From the NCBI RefSeq assembly GCF_009914755.1, contig NC_060942.1: a stretch of DNA of 64,000 nucleotides; one strand, 5' to 3'. Source of the stretch: the human T2T-CHM13v2.0 reference genome, Homo sapiens. Positions 51,419 through 64,000 of this stretch are shown here, piece after piece (the stretch's first letter is position 1; each line of letters opens with the position of its first letter). A program made the position numbers and the translations under genes. The notes under the pieces were generated by a model. That model had not been told where the DNA came from, did no database searches, and saw only the letters and a list, made by a program, of their open reading frames with translations.

Positions 51419-54214
51419 TGAAAACGAAAGAAAGAGAGTGACCTGGTGGCAAGATGGCTAAGGTTTCTCTCTTCTTCAGCAACACCCAGCTGAAGAGTGG
51501 ACACCAGTGAATGCACTCTGCTCCTATCTTCAATACTGTGGGCCCAGGAGGGCTGAAAGAAAAGCAGAAAAATCACTTTCCTGCCCAACGGGCATTGTGA
51601 TGGTTTTTTTTCTTTTATTGCTAACGTACGTCTTCTCTTGTTTTTCTTTCCCTCTGCGTCTGAGGTTGCCATTCCCCACTTTCTCTCCGCATTTTCTTGG
51701 CTCCCTCCAGTTTTCTCTGGAGTGACTTTTCCCTTTCTCTGTGAAACCATCACTTCTATGTATTTTCCGTGTCCCATGAACATGCCACAAGTTCTAGAAT
51801 TAGACTCTGCTCAGCCTTCCCGTGAGCTGTTTTAGTCTGATATTCCAGCAGTCTCCAGGTAGGAAAAAAGAAGTCGATTTAAATATGAATTCCTATAAGG
51901 CTGAAGCTAAGCTAACACATTCTGGAGACCTTGTGGCAGAAAAATGTCCAGAAATATTGGACTATAACATAAGATTTGATGCTTAAGAATGAGTTATCAG
52001 GTTTGGGGGTGAGAAGGGGTATTAGGTCTCCAACCTCCACTGGGCTACTCCTGTCATATTTTTCCTAGCAAGACAGGCAACACTCCTCAAAGGTTACTAA
52101 GCTGCGCCTCCACCAAGAAGGAAAATGGGACTCCTTTCACCTTGAGCTCTCTTTGTACCTTCAGCAAATGACTTCTGAAGTCATCTTGATCTCCTCTTCT
52201 ATAATGCAATCAGGGGCATTCCCTGCTTCTCTGTCATCTCTCTAATTACTGAAAGAAATTTTCCCCCTTCTTGTGTTTTTTTCTATAATTAGCCTCATAG
52301 ATTGGTCAAATTCGTCTGTCCAGATTTCCCCCCAAAATTCCCTTCTCCACACTGACTGCGGTGACCCTAAGCTACTTTTTTGCCTATGGCCGGGCTACCT
52401 CCCCTAACACCAATCTACCCTGCAACTGACTAACATCTAACCCAGCAGAAATTACTGGGCATCTGTAACATGACTGGCATGATCAAAACCCTGGGGTGGA
52501 TTCAAGAGAAAAATGCAACTACTCCTTTCCTTCTATGAGGTCAGGAGCAAGCAATACAAGCAAGAATGTCCTGGTGGCAGAAGGGGTGGCCATGACGGTT
52601 CAGAGAAGGGCGAGTTCACTCAGGCAAGGGGGGCGATAATAGATGGGGGGCGATAACAGATGAGGGGCTGGGGGCGAGGGGAGGGGACAGCATAGGCTAC
52701 AGGGGGAGGATAAATGTGTGCATAGGGAATGCTAATGGCTTGGCCCGACTTTGTGGGTTTCAAAACAAAATCTCATGGAAAAGATAATTTAAATGAAAAT
52801 CGGAGCTTATTAATTTTCTGTAGGCCCAGCCCAATTTCTCATAGTTCTCAGTCATGTTGGTACATGCTAGTTTCCGTGGCAGCCTAAGATAAAGCTCTTA
52901 ATGCGATGTGAGTCCCTTAGAGATTAGCACTATTATAAATATAAATGCTCAAACACAAGCAAGTTGAAACCAAATGCCCCCCAAACACTGGCTTTCTGTT
53001 ATATGAAGGTTTCCAGTGGTGCACTGAACCCTTGGATAAATGAGCTAGAAAACAGAGAGTTAAATGGGCTCATTGGCTAAATCTCATGGCCGGGCTCCTT
53101 CATGGGAGGGAAGAAGGAAACTTAGTAGCTGCTCCTTACCTATTTAATCTATAGCAGTTGGCAGGACAGTTTTGGAGGACAATCAGAGAAATGCCCTCAG
53201 AACTTCGAGTAGGGGATTGAGCAGGGCATCCAAGACCCTGATCAAAACAGAGGGTCTTTACTCAAAGCCAACCTGCAAAACACCTTCTTGTTCTCACTGC
53301 TTTGTATGACTTCCAAGAGACTCACTAACAACTAGTCATAAATAGACATCAAGGAGTTTGTTTATCTAACTAAGAGAAAACAATGTTTGAGTTCTTTAGA
53401 AACATGCATTTGACACCACACCAATGTGCTGCTCTGGGAGCAGAATCGGAGCCTGCTTCCTTGGGGCTGGTGTTTTGATGTGGTCATTATTTGCTCAGCA
53501 GAGCCTCTACTTGGCAACACCTCGTTTGCCCAATTCTAGGTATTTGAAATTTTAAAAACATATCTCTTTTAAGAAAATTCTAAAATGAAAGAGTTTTTTT
53601 AAAAATTAATTCGTAAATACCTTCCCCAAAGTTATTCTAAAATGCCTGAGACTTTAAAGAACCATATCTAAGTCAAGTCTGGTGAGGGCAAACAGACATG
53701 ACAATGACCAAATCTATTCTTTAATTTTCTAACATTTGTGTACAAAGCCAAACAATCAACATACATACAGAGTGCTACTCCTAAATCTTCTTGCTACTAA
53801 AAAATAAAGGGCCAACCAAGTATTCCCAGGAGGCAAAACAATAGCTTATCATGTGCTTGTCCTCAGTGCCTACTAGAGCCTCCTTTTCTCCTGGAAGACA
53901 TAATGACTTGGGCTGGGTGAAATTGTACACCACCTATGAGAGCAGGATGCTGGGTTGATCAGGTGATAATGCTTCACCATATCTTCAATTTTTGTATTTT
54001 CCACCTATTTGATAATGGGTCCTTCAGCGGAGACTACAAGACGTGAGTATACCCACATAACTTCAGCTCAGATTTCTGACGGCGTCCAACTTGCTTGCAC
54101 GAATATCCACTGCCTGCCCACTCTCTCTCATCTGAGAAAACTATTTGACTCAGCTTTTGCCTCTGCCTCCCACTTTTCACCCTCTCCAGAATGCTCACAG
54201 CTCACCCATGCTAG

Positions 54215-54500
54215 TAGCATTGGAGAGGAAAGAGCACACACATTAGAGTCAGACAGATCTGTGCTTGAACCTCAACTCTGCAAATTACTAGATTCGTCAA
54301 TGAGTTGAATGAGTTATCAGTTCTCCTCTCGTTCTCTGCAATGCTTAAATCTAACTCATGTTAGATGAGTTATTTAACCTCCCTGAGCCTAAATTTATGA
54401 ATTCATAAAACAGAGAAAAATAAAAGGCTGTAGTTGTCGAGTGGTCAGGAGGATGAAATGACTTCTGTGAAGTGCCTGGCAGCAAAGGCACTAAAATTCA
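54215..54500 (+). mobile_element. MIR with an internal insertion
   Basis: MIR motifs TAGAGTCAGACAGA.CTG..TTGAA.C.C..CTCTGC...TTACTAG and TTAACCTCCCTGAGCCT. Confidence 0.6.
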
Positions 54501-55189
54501 GTCATGACTCCCTCTCATTCCTCTCTCATTTTTGCATTGAACTGTCAGAGATGGCAATTTTCCTTTCCTAGGTACCTTCTTTATTTACAAGTAGCTTACA
54601 GAAAATGCATATATGAAAGGAGTTGTGTGAAACTTTTGAAGCCAGTTAAGCTCTTTTTGCAGAGTCCGTAATTTTTAATTTTAGGATCTTATTTTCTAAC
54701 ATCTTTAGTCAAGGTAAGTTCTTAAAGAAAAAATTCAAATGAAGCTCAATACCTGTATATTATCAGCTAGGGGCCTGGAAGTAGAGTTCTGGAGTTAGCA
54801 GAAGTGATTTCTTGAAATCGTCAGGGCAGAGCGGCCAGCCAAATCCTGAGACTCATCAAGGCAGGATTTCCTACCCAACAGCAAGAACATCGGACCTTGT
54901 ACTAAGCCATGAGGTCCCCACCTGGAATGGTCCATTCAGAATTCTCTACACAGACCTGGCCACTCCAAAAAGCCAGTGGTGAGTCCAGAGGAGGGCAGCT
55001 GAAATGGGACAAACTAGGCTTCTAGAAGACAATGATGACTCTGGGAAGGGCAGGCCTGAATGTGGATTTTGGGACGTTCATGAAGTCTTCATAGTACAGA
55101 AAGGATTAAGCTATAACCCTATTGTGAAGCCTTTAGGCTCATGACTCTTGAATCTCTTTTGAACCTCAAACCCTAGTTTGCGACCAAAC

Positions 55190-56025
55190 AGATCTGCATA
55201 TCCATCAGGTACATCAAACCCAACACAGCACAAAGGGAACTGATTACACCTTCCCAAAATCTGCCTCTAAGGGTCTAATCAGCCCCCTTGACAGCCCTCA
55301 GCCTATATCCTAGCAGAAAAACCGGGGTGATCCTCAACTCCTCCCTCTTCTTTTCCTATGGACACACCATCACTGTCATCTCCACCTTACAGAAGTCTCT
55401 TAGGATGTCTCCTCTTTCTGGTCTTACAGAAGCCACTTCTGTTCACCCCACTGCATGGCTTACCTAGACAGTGGCAAGAAGCTCCCAACCGATCTTCCCT
55501 CATCTTGCCCCATTCAGCTTCCCTCTGGAGTATTCCCAGGGTGTCTGCTAGACCCACAAAGCAGTTGCGTCCCTCTCTCTTATCCAAATGCCCTGAGTGG
55601 CTCCTGTTATCCACAGGGCGAGCTGGCCCTGACCCACGCTTCCAGACTCCCCTCTCCCCACACCCACTGCTTGCCTTGAACTCCATGTGATTACTGGCAG
55701 CATCAGCTGCAGCCTCGTTCCTCTACAGATCCTGGCTCACATGCATCCTCAGGCTGGGATGCCACTCTGCCTTTTGCACACCTCTCCACACTCAGCTCAA
55801 ATACCACCTCCTCTGTGAAGCCTTTCTTGACCAAGCCCCCACCTCCCCATCATGCCCTTTTCTTATTCTGCCCCCTCAAGGCTCACCAGTGAACTCACTG
55901 CCACCTGTCTCTCTCCTCCTTGGGGGCACTGGCTACATTTTCTTCATCTTGGTTTTCCCAGGTTCTGATAGTGCCTGGCACCTTGTAAAAGCTGTGTGCA
56001 TGTTTGCAGAATGAATGAGTAAACA
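55190..56025 (+). mobile_element. L2 3' region
   Basis: Pyrimidine-rich L2 motifs ending in ATAGTGCCTGGCAC...TGTTTGCAGAATGAATGA. Confidence 0.6.
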
Positions 56026-57479
56026 CATGGAAATTAAAACTATTTAAACAGGTCCATAAAGATTGTGTTATGCTCAAGGAAGATGGATTCATTACACATC
56101 TCAAAAGAACCTCAGGACCTTCTGGGACTGGAATGGCAACACCGTGTGGGGTAAGGAGCCTAGAACGTTCAGTTATGTTCTCAAGTCGTCACAGCTTCAC
56201 CTTACCCAAGATATCTAACATCTCTGAGCCTCAACTTATTCATCTATAAGAATAAGAGGACGCTACAACATCAACCACAAAGGCTGGGGTGAGAACGACA
56301 CGGGCTCATGATGCCAAACGTCTGGTGGAGGTCGGCACAGGGCGGGCAGAGGTGGCAAATGGCAGTGTCCTTTGTCCCCAATCAACAGAACTGAGCTGAA
56401 CATGAGACTCTGAGAAAGGCTCGGGACAGCAGGGCCACAGCACGTCTCCTGGCCTCCAGGGACAGTCAACTTGAGGAGGCGACAAATCTCATTTGCAAAG
56501 GTGAGAAACTGTACAGCAAGTCAACAGTATCGGATGAGTCACGAGACAGGACGTGATTGATGTCGGGTGGGCGTGGAATGTGCTGTGCATTGCGTGGGGA
56601 GGGCCCTTAGTGGGGGTGAGCTTGGTGGGAAAAGGAGGGTCTCGGAGGGTCCAGCTGCTGGGGTGGAGGCCACAGGGGCCCAGGAGTGCAGGGTGGGCGC
56701 GGTAAAGAGACTGCCGTTGTTGCCTTTAGGCTGTTCTGCTGCTCTCTGCTTCCCCCTGTTGGCTTGGGAGGGAAGAGTAGGGCTGTTGGCTGAGACGGAC
56801 GTTAGAGCGAGCAGGTGAGAAGAGGCTGGGAGGAACCGGCAATGCAGCGACCAGGAGCAGGTGGTGGAGCGGGGAAGAGAGAGGGAGGGCTGCTTGGCCA
56901 GATGCCAGGCACTCTGCCAATTGCAGGCCCTGCAGATCTTGCCCCGAGCTCAGGGTCACCTTGAACCCTCTCCTTTCTTTCTCCAGAGTGCTTGTCGCAC
57001 CCTCTCCCTTCCTGGGGCCCTCACTCATGTTCTCCTTGGAGGTTAGAGGCCCATCCTCCCTCTCCCAGGACCCTTCCCCGCCTCCCCAGCCAGTGTGGGC
57101 CATTGGTGTGACCAAGGTGAGGGGCACTTGGTGTTCTTGGGACTCTTGTTCTTTTTCTTGCTTGAGGGCATTTCTCAAGTAAGACCAGAGATCATTTTAG
57201 CCCTGAGTGTCCCAGTTAATATTCATGAGGCTTGCTGAGAAGCCAAAAAAAAAAAAAAAAAAAAAAAAGGCTTGGACGGCATCAGACGGGCTGGCAGGGG
57301 AGGGGGGTGTTCAAAGAGGAGAAGAAAGCAAGAGCCAACATAGAGTCTTGCCCAGCAATAGCATGGAAGGGAGTGGCAGCCCATTGTCCCTCAGGAAAAT
57401 AAACTGCAAATAACTTTTCCCGTTTGTGTCAATCTAGTGCTTTCAACTTACAAACTATTAGTAGGCTTTAGAACTTAGA

Positions 57480-57680
57480 TCAATTGACATTCTGGGTCAG
57501 GTAATTCTTTGTTGTGGGGAGGACGGGCTGCCCTGTGCACTGGAGGATGTTTAGCAGCTTCTCTGGCCTCTGCCCACGACATGCCAGCGGAAACCCTTGT
57601 CTAGTGTGAAAACCCGAAATGTCTCCAGGCCGTGCCAAATGTCCCCTGGAAGGCAAAGTCATCCCCATGGAGAACCACTG
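57480..57680 (-). mobile_element. MER20 (opposite orientation to the copy at 32.1 kb)
   Basis: TTGACATT.TGGG.CAG.TAATTCTTTGTTGTGGGG...AAATGTCTCCAG...TGCCAAATGTCCCCTGG...GAGAACCACTG. Confidence 0.85.
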
Positions 57681-60600
57681 CCTTAGATTATTGTTAGGTG
57701 CTACCCAAATGCCCAACACCTGTACTGGCCCCTCCAGTCTCACCCTCATCTGAGCACTGCAAGAACGTCCCACCCTGGCGTCCACCTCCCCCGTCCACCT
57801 GATGTTTACGTAAACAGAAACAGAAGCTTCTTTCAGAAGCCAAGGAATCTCCTCCCAAGTCCAGACGTTGTGGGTTGGGGGTGGGGGTGCAGGAATGCCT
57901 CTAACTCTGCTCAGTAACTGCAACCCCATGGACTTCATAATGGCCAAGGGGACTCCACACCCAAAGCCCTCATTCCCCAATTTCCTGGGCAGCCAGGGAT
58001 CCAGGTAGAAACGCTTGCCCAGGAGGCGTCTCTCTGGTGGAGGAGTAAACCTTGGAGAATTTGCCCTCCGTTTTCTTCCCTCGCTTTCTTCTCCATTTTC
58101 TCTCCCAGGAGCTAGCTGGTGAGTAGCTACCGCAGCTACTCATGTGAACATGAATCTGGGGCCACCCTTTTTCAAATTTCAACAGCAAGTCCTGGAACTA
58201 AACAAGAAAGCCTTTGCACAAATAAACAATTAAGTTAATTGTGGGTCTGACAAATATTTTGTTTTCCCGAGGAATTAAGTATGCATCTGGGGTTAGGCTT
58301 CTGGGCTGAGCCTCTTGTGTAAAAAACCAGAAGGCAAGAAACTGAAGGAATATGGTCAAAGTCCCTTATTTTAAAATCAAGGACACTGAGTCCCGGAGAG
58401 GTGAACTGCCTGTCAGCACGGAAAACAGGACCAGACATAATCATGGTACCTTGTTCCAAGTGAAGTTACCTAATGCTCCCTTCCCATCCAAACAAGGATT
58501 TGGGATATGCCGCCCAGGAGGGTGGTCCCAAAGGGGATCCTCAGAGGATGCATCACTAAGTATTTCTGTACCCCAGGAGGTGGCTTATTTCATGGAAACC
58601 CTTCACCTGGGGCTGTTCATAGAACCATGCACGCGGCAGTTGAAAAGGGGCACCTACGCCTTGCTCTGTGACATTGTTTTCAGTGAAAATTAGCGTTCGC
58701 TGTTTTCAGCGTTAACCTTAAACTCCAGCTGGCTTTATCTCCTCTCACTTATTATAATTGTAACGCAGTGCACTGTGTAAAGGTCACACCTGTGTTTATA
58801 CGCCATATGCCATCAAAATACCATGAAGAGAACACTATGTGGTCTCTATCAGAAGATCAAAAGAGAAGGGGTGAGAAGCAGACCTTCCTCCTAATTCAGG
58901 GCCCTTCAGTCCTTCCCAAACACTGAAATAGGCCCATGTGCACCACTGCTCCCGCAGGAGTTTATGTCTAGGCCAAGTACGTGCTGTTTATTGACAGAGA
59001 AACAAATACCGCTCAGCACCTGTCCGGTTTCAGAGTGATGAGGGAGTTTCCAATCTGGATCTGAGAAAACTTTTACACTGTACCCAAACATTCTTTTTCT
59101 TTTCTTTTCTTCTTTTTTTTTTCTGAAGCCAAAATTAGAACAAAAACAAACATATACAGAGTTCGGCGTAGCAGGAAAAAGAAACTCAGCTCAAGACATT
59201 TCATAAGAAAAGCTCCAAGTCCATCTATACTCACCTGGCCTGGAACCCTGGGATTCATTTGATTGAGGAGGGTCACAAGCTGTACCCCAGAGGCTCGGGA
59301 GGCACCACTCGGTAGGAAGACCCTCCTGGTTTCTCAAGCTGGAGGAGCAGACTGAAAGGATGTTTGGGGAGTGAGGAAGTAATAGGGGAGTGGATGCAGA
59401 AGGTATTTTGTTGTCTAACCTAGTGGTTCCTTGAGGTGTATTAATGAGTAATATTCATGCACCTTCTCCTTCTGCCAAGGCAGAAATAACCTGGTACTTT
59501 TTACCTGGTGGCCGAGTGACCTGGCCCTACCAGGGACTTCACTAATTAGCATAGTCTCTCATAGCCTGGCCTTGGGACTGGCTGTCACACGCTCTCCTCC
59601 ACACCAGCCATCAGTTGCTCTGGACCCTCCGAGACCCCCAGGCAGCCTGACAGCCAGTGAGCAGAAAGACCTGACTCCTTCCTGGGGCCCCTTCCTCCAG
59701 AGGCCCCCCACGAAGCTGTGCTGGCCCTGTTTAGGCAGTGGACACAAGCCTGTTCCAACCCCAGAATCCAAGGTCTAAGTCATCTTCAATAAGGTATTGC
59801 CTGAAACCATGTGGGATAAAAAGCTTCTTCCTTTAAAATAACCTTCAATGAAGCCAGGCCATTACTGGAACTTATCATATATAATGACACACAAAATGCC
59901 AAGAGAAATTTATAGCGCCGCCTGTCTGCCCACCATTTAGGCACTGGTGAGTCATTAATTCATGAGAGATTTATCAGTTTATAAAAGATGCTAGATAAGT
60001 TAATTTTTAAAAATCATGTGAGTATAGATTTATGCTCAGGTTATCTACTTTAAAAAAAGGATCTCTCTTGGGCTGTTTTTCCAAAGCAGTGCAATTCACG
60101 TTAACCCCCCATCCCACTGCCTCCAGCCCATGCCCTAGAGAGCTGCTGAAGGACACTGGAGTCTGACTAGAGGCAGGGCTGGGCCCACTGAGTGTCACCA
60201 AAATCACAAAAACACAACTGAAAGAGAACTGTTCTTAAATACTCATGTACCATAAAAGGGGAATTTCCAGAGGTCTCTGATATTAGCAATTTGCCCTTCC
60301 ATTCCCTTCCTCTCTAGTTTCAAGATGAGATGATGACAAAAAGACTGACTAGTGAGAAAAAGCATGAAACTCCATCTACAAACGTGCAAACCGACACAGA
60401 GCAAACCTGCAGGAATTTCCACACCCGGTCTTCTGATTTGCCTTGAAAAGGGGGAAAAAGAGAGAAAGGAAGCGTACCTTCGCCTCCACTAAGACATCAA
60501 CATTAACTCTGTTTTCTTAATTTCACACGAACATCACTGCGTCTGGAGTCTATGTTTTATTTTTCCTGTTAGGCAAAAGCAATTTTTCCCAAGTAAAAGT

Positions 60601-63600
60601 TCTGAAACGGATTTCTTTTAGAAGCAGAGATAACTGGGAATTTTCTCAAAACTAGTACAAGTATGAATGTTTCTCCTTTTACTTTCCATTTTTACAAATG
60701 CATTTAGGGCCAAATGCACTGGCTAATTTTGATAGAATGTAACAGAGACAGGAGAAGCAGTCCATCTCAGTGAGTGAGTGGACATTTATTAGGCATTCAC
60801 TTTTCACAGGCCTGGGATATTAGGTATTGCGGGGGTGTTGTATTCAGGAAATAGAAGTCAAAATCCAATTGAGTAGGGAAATGAGCCAAACAGAAATGGA
60901 CACAAAGACACCAAAAACACCTACAAAAACACAGATGAATGTGCAGAATCAGCTGGAGTTTCTATGAGCTGAGCTGAATCTGCTCACCTTGCAAAGATTT
61001 CCCCGCACAGTGGGGACTGCCCACGCGTACGCATTTCTTAGTTTCTGCTGGCCAACTCGAATCGTTTTCAGCGGGGTCATTTACATCGTGTCCACTTTTT
61101 CTGGTTTCCAAACTCAACCCACTTTATTATCTTAAGAGTTTTCATTCTCAGTATCATTTACATACAACAAAATGAATATATCATGTGTACAGTTTTATGA
61201 ATATTGACAAAGGCATACATCCCTTTAACTCACTCCCCTATCAAGATATGCAGCATTTCCATCCTCCCAGAAAGAGCCCTTGGAGCCACTTTGTTTTTAA
61301 ATTATTTGCATCTGAATATTTTTGAGTGGAGATTATCAAAGCCAAATGTGTGGGAAGAAAGCCTAATCATTAATCATCTACTACAAATACAGGTAGTAAA
61401 GGTTTTGAAGATGGTGCGTGAGCCTGCACAGACAAGTCTGCGGGATTGGGTCCTGTTATGAAATGCCAAAGGGGCTTTTTAGCGACAGGCACGTGGGCCC
61501 CTCTCAGCCGCCCTGTCGGCACTCAGATACGCAACTAAGACCGAGTGGGTTTCTTTTCTGGTTTTGTTCTTTAGGCATCAGAGTTTACATGTTTAGAAAG
61601 AGGGAAGTTGAGGCTGAATAGTCACATCCACCATATTCTCATAGGGGCAAATGTTCTCTGATTAGGAGGGCTCAACCACAGTGCAGAGTCCCCTCTTCCA
61701 AAATTCTGTTTCAACACCGAGAGGAGTTCACATGACCAGGCAAATTAGAGATTTTCTTAGCATTTCCTGTTTCCCAGATTTCAGAGGAGCCCTTCAGGGA
61801 ATGTCTGGCCCAGGGTAGCACATTCAGGATGAGGGAAAAATGGTTATTTTTAGGTCCCTCCAACCATCACATTCCTCCCTGTCTCCACTTGGGCACTCTG
61901 TTGTTCTAGTGACCTGTCAAAGGGATGGGGGCGGGGCTGCGAGAAAAAAGCCACATCGCTTCCTTTGGGGTGGGGGTAAGGGTACCCCTGCTCCAGGGGT
62001 CCTAAACTGCTCACTAGCCCTTCTGCTGGAGAGGGACCAGAGGTGGAAGACCTGCCAGAGTGAGTGCCAGGCAGCTCTAGACTTCTGGGTATTCATTTCT
62101 CATAAAAGGTTGCAGTATTTCCTGGACACCTGAATTCTATGTCTTCACGGCAAAAACAATTCAAAATGTCCCAAAACATTATGCAGGAAGGAGTTTTTAA
62201 TTTTTTTTAAATCACTTTTCCAAAATGGTACCCTGAGGTGATCCTGTCTTCAATCTCCCAGCAATGAAAACAATGTGGTTGAAAAGTTGACAGCTTTCAA
62301 CCCTTGAAAAGGTCACCTCCCTGCCTCACACCCTCTCGTAAGTATTAAGAGCATAACGGATATTTTGAGTCACATGTATTGTTCTTTGTTCATTTGCATT
62401 TGGTGAAATCCCCCCCTTGGACCAATTTAGTAAGCAGTGCCTTGGGCTTCCTTGGTGATTGTTCTCTTGTCTTCTGTATATTTTTTCCTGTGAAAAAAAT
62501 TTAGACTCAGCCAGTGAAATGAAGTTGCAGCCTCTGTCACTGATGCTTTCTTTTTGCTCAGATGATCTTTCCATCTCGCTTGGGACAGAATTCCTTCTTC
62601 TTTGCAACGAATGAAGACCTTCGAGGCTCAGCTGAGGCCCTTGTACTCCAAGACTTTCTGAAAGCTCCCTCGCCCCTCCCCATCTGACCTTCTGTTGGAC
62701 TGACATACTTCTCCATATTTCAGCCTCAGATGGCTTGGTGTTCACCACTAGACTGTGTTACTGAAAGTTAATCAAGGGTCCTAGGGCCATTTACAAAGTG
62801 GGACTGTAAGAGAAAGTCTAGCTAGATGGAAATGTATCCTAAATACCCCCAAGTCCCAGCACAGGGGTTCCCATCAACAAAAAGCCTCACCTCCAAATAC
62901 ATTGCTGAGGACGCAGGGCCCCGTCTTCCCACCTGACGCACTACACACCACGTCAGCTGTCACAGGAGGTCTGAGTGCTTTATGAAGCTGCCTGCTTTCT
63001 CTCTTACCTCCATGTGTAAGCCAACCACTCTGGCTTTCAGAAACATATTTCTTTCTCTATGAGTAATTTAAAAGTGACTCATCCTCAGCCTCACCAGCCG
63101 GTCCATGTGACCTGCAGTGCTGGTTGAGTGTTATCTATAGATGTGTAAACCAAAGCAGTTCTTAGAACACAGATTCCCCCTCCCACGTGCTGTTGATTTC
63201 CCTTTGCTACACAGGGAGGGAACGATGTCAGACATGAGCAGCCAGGGACTGCCCGCTCCGCACTCAAATCTGGAATGTGTCCATTAGAGGAAACAAAGGC
63301 CATCACCCAGTGACAGAAAAGAAGAGACAGGCAAAAGGCCTAATATATTTATTTTAGTATTAGCAGACCATCAAGAAGCTCTGAGAAAACTCCACAAAAA
63401 TTGAAGACGATGATGACCCATATAAACAAAAAACTGCTCAAAGTTCTTTTTCTGAGCCAGTAGAAATTTAGACCTCATGAAACAGAGATGACACCCACAC
63501 CCACCCCAACCAAAACCCCACCAACACGTCTTCATTGCTCAATCAGAAACACATTCCTGGGATCTGCTGTGGTTTGTCTTGGGAACTCACATATATGAAC

Positions 63601-63960
63601 ATGTTTTTATTTCTTCAACTTGCCTTTATTCCACCATCACCAAAGAATGGTGTCAGGCCCAGCTCGGGGACACTACTGGTGCAGGCAGGCACGCGGGTGA
63701 CACAGCTGGCCAGCATTCTAGATCGTGTTTCTTACCTCTTTCTCACTTCCTATTTTCTATTAAACCAAATCTGAACTCATTTGCCTGCTTTGTGAAGACC
63801 TTCATAATCCAGCTACTGTCGCCTGATTTTCTAGCACCATCTATGCTCTTGGCACAATTAATCCTTGGCTACCACTAGGGCAGCATCCTCACTGCTCCTC
63901 CAAGGAAGACACCAGAGCCTTCATTTCCATGCCTTCACCCTCCCAAACCCCCAAACTCTG

Positions 63961-64000
63961 CCCTCCTTCCTTCTTTCCTTCCCTCCTTCCTTCCTTCTTT
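63961..64000. repeat. CCTT/CT-rich polypyrimidine repeat running off the window edge
   Basis: Directly visible. Confidence 0.85.

Noticed and set aside
63871-63885. CCACTAGGGCAGC as a CTCF site
   Set aside because: Several mismatches in the GGGGGC part of the core; too weak without ChIP data.

Overview
This is human (primate) genomic DNA from chromosome 18q21.33, covering the 3' end of BCL2 on the minus strand. The only protein-coding sequence I can support is the last BCL2 coding exon (29777-29911, residues D196-K239 plus stop). The ~5.3 kb 3'UTR ends at about 24497 and the poly(A) signal is at 24515-24520. Everything right of 29911 is BCL2 intron 2; everything left of about 24497 is downstream intergenic DNA. 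The window contains three t(14;18) IGH::BCL2 breakpoint clusters: MBR (~27340-27520), 3'MBR (~21.5-24 kb) and icr/5'mcr (~8390-8500). The mcr is expected just off the left edge. The rest is Alu, MIR, L1, L2, CR1, LTR and hAT relics plus a 1.1 kb GT-rich low-complexity tract. The long ORFs in the track are artefacts of these repeats. I see no undescribed multi-gene system. The most novel-looking signals are small. (i) A ~100 bp RPS2 retrocopy with a fold-back 5' junction, nested in a MER21A LTR inside a MER33 element. (ii) Three ancient micro-rearrangements next to the 3'MBR: an in-situ L2 inversion, a ~92 bp inverted duplication and a ~320 bp diverged direct duplication. (iii) Intronic octamer/PU.1 and NF-kB motif clusters that look like B-cell enhancers. 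(iv) The placement of 3'UTR repressor sites relative to the MBR. Repeat subfamily names and primer sequences are recalled from memory, not from a search.
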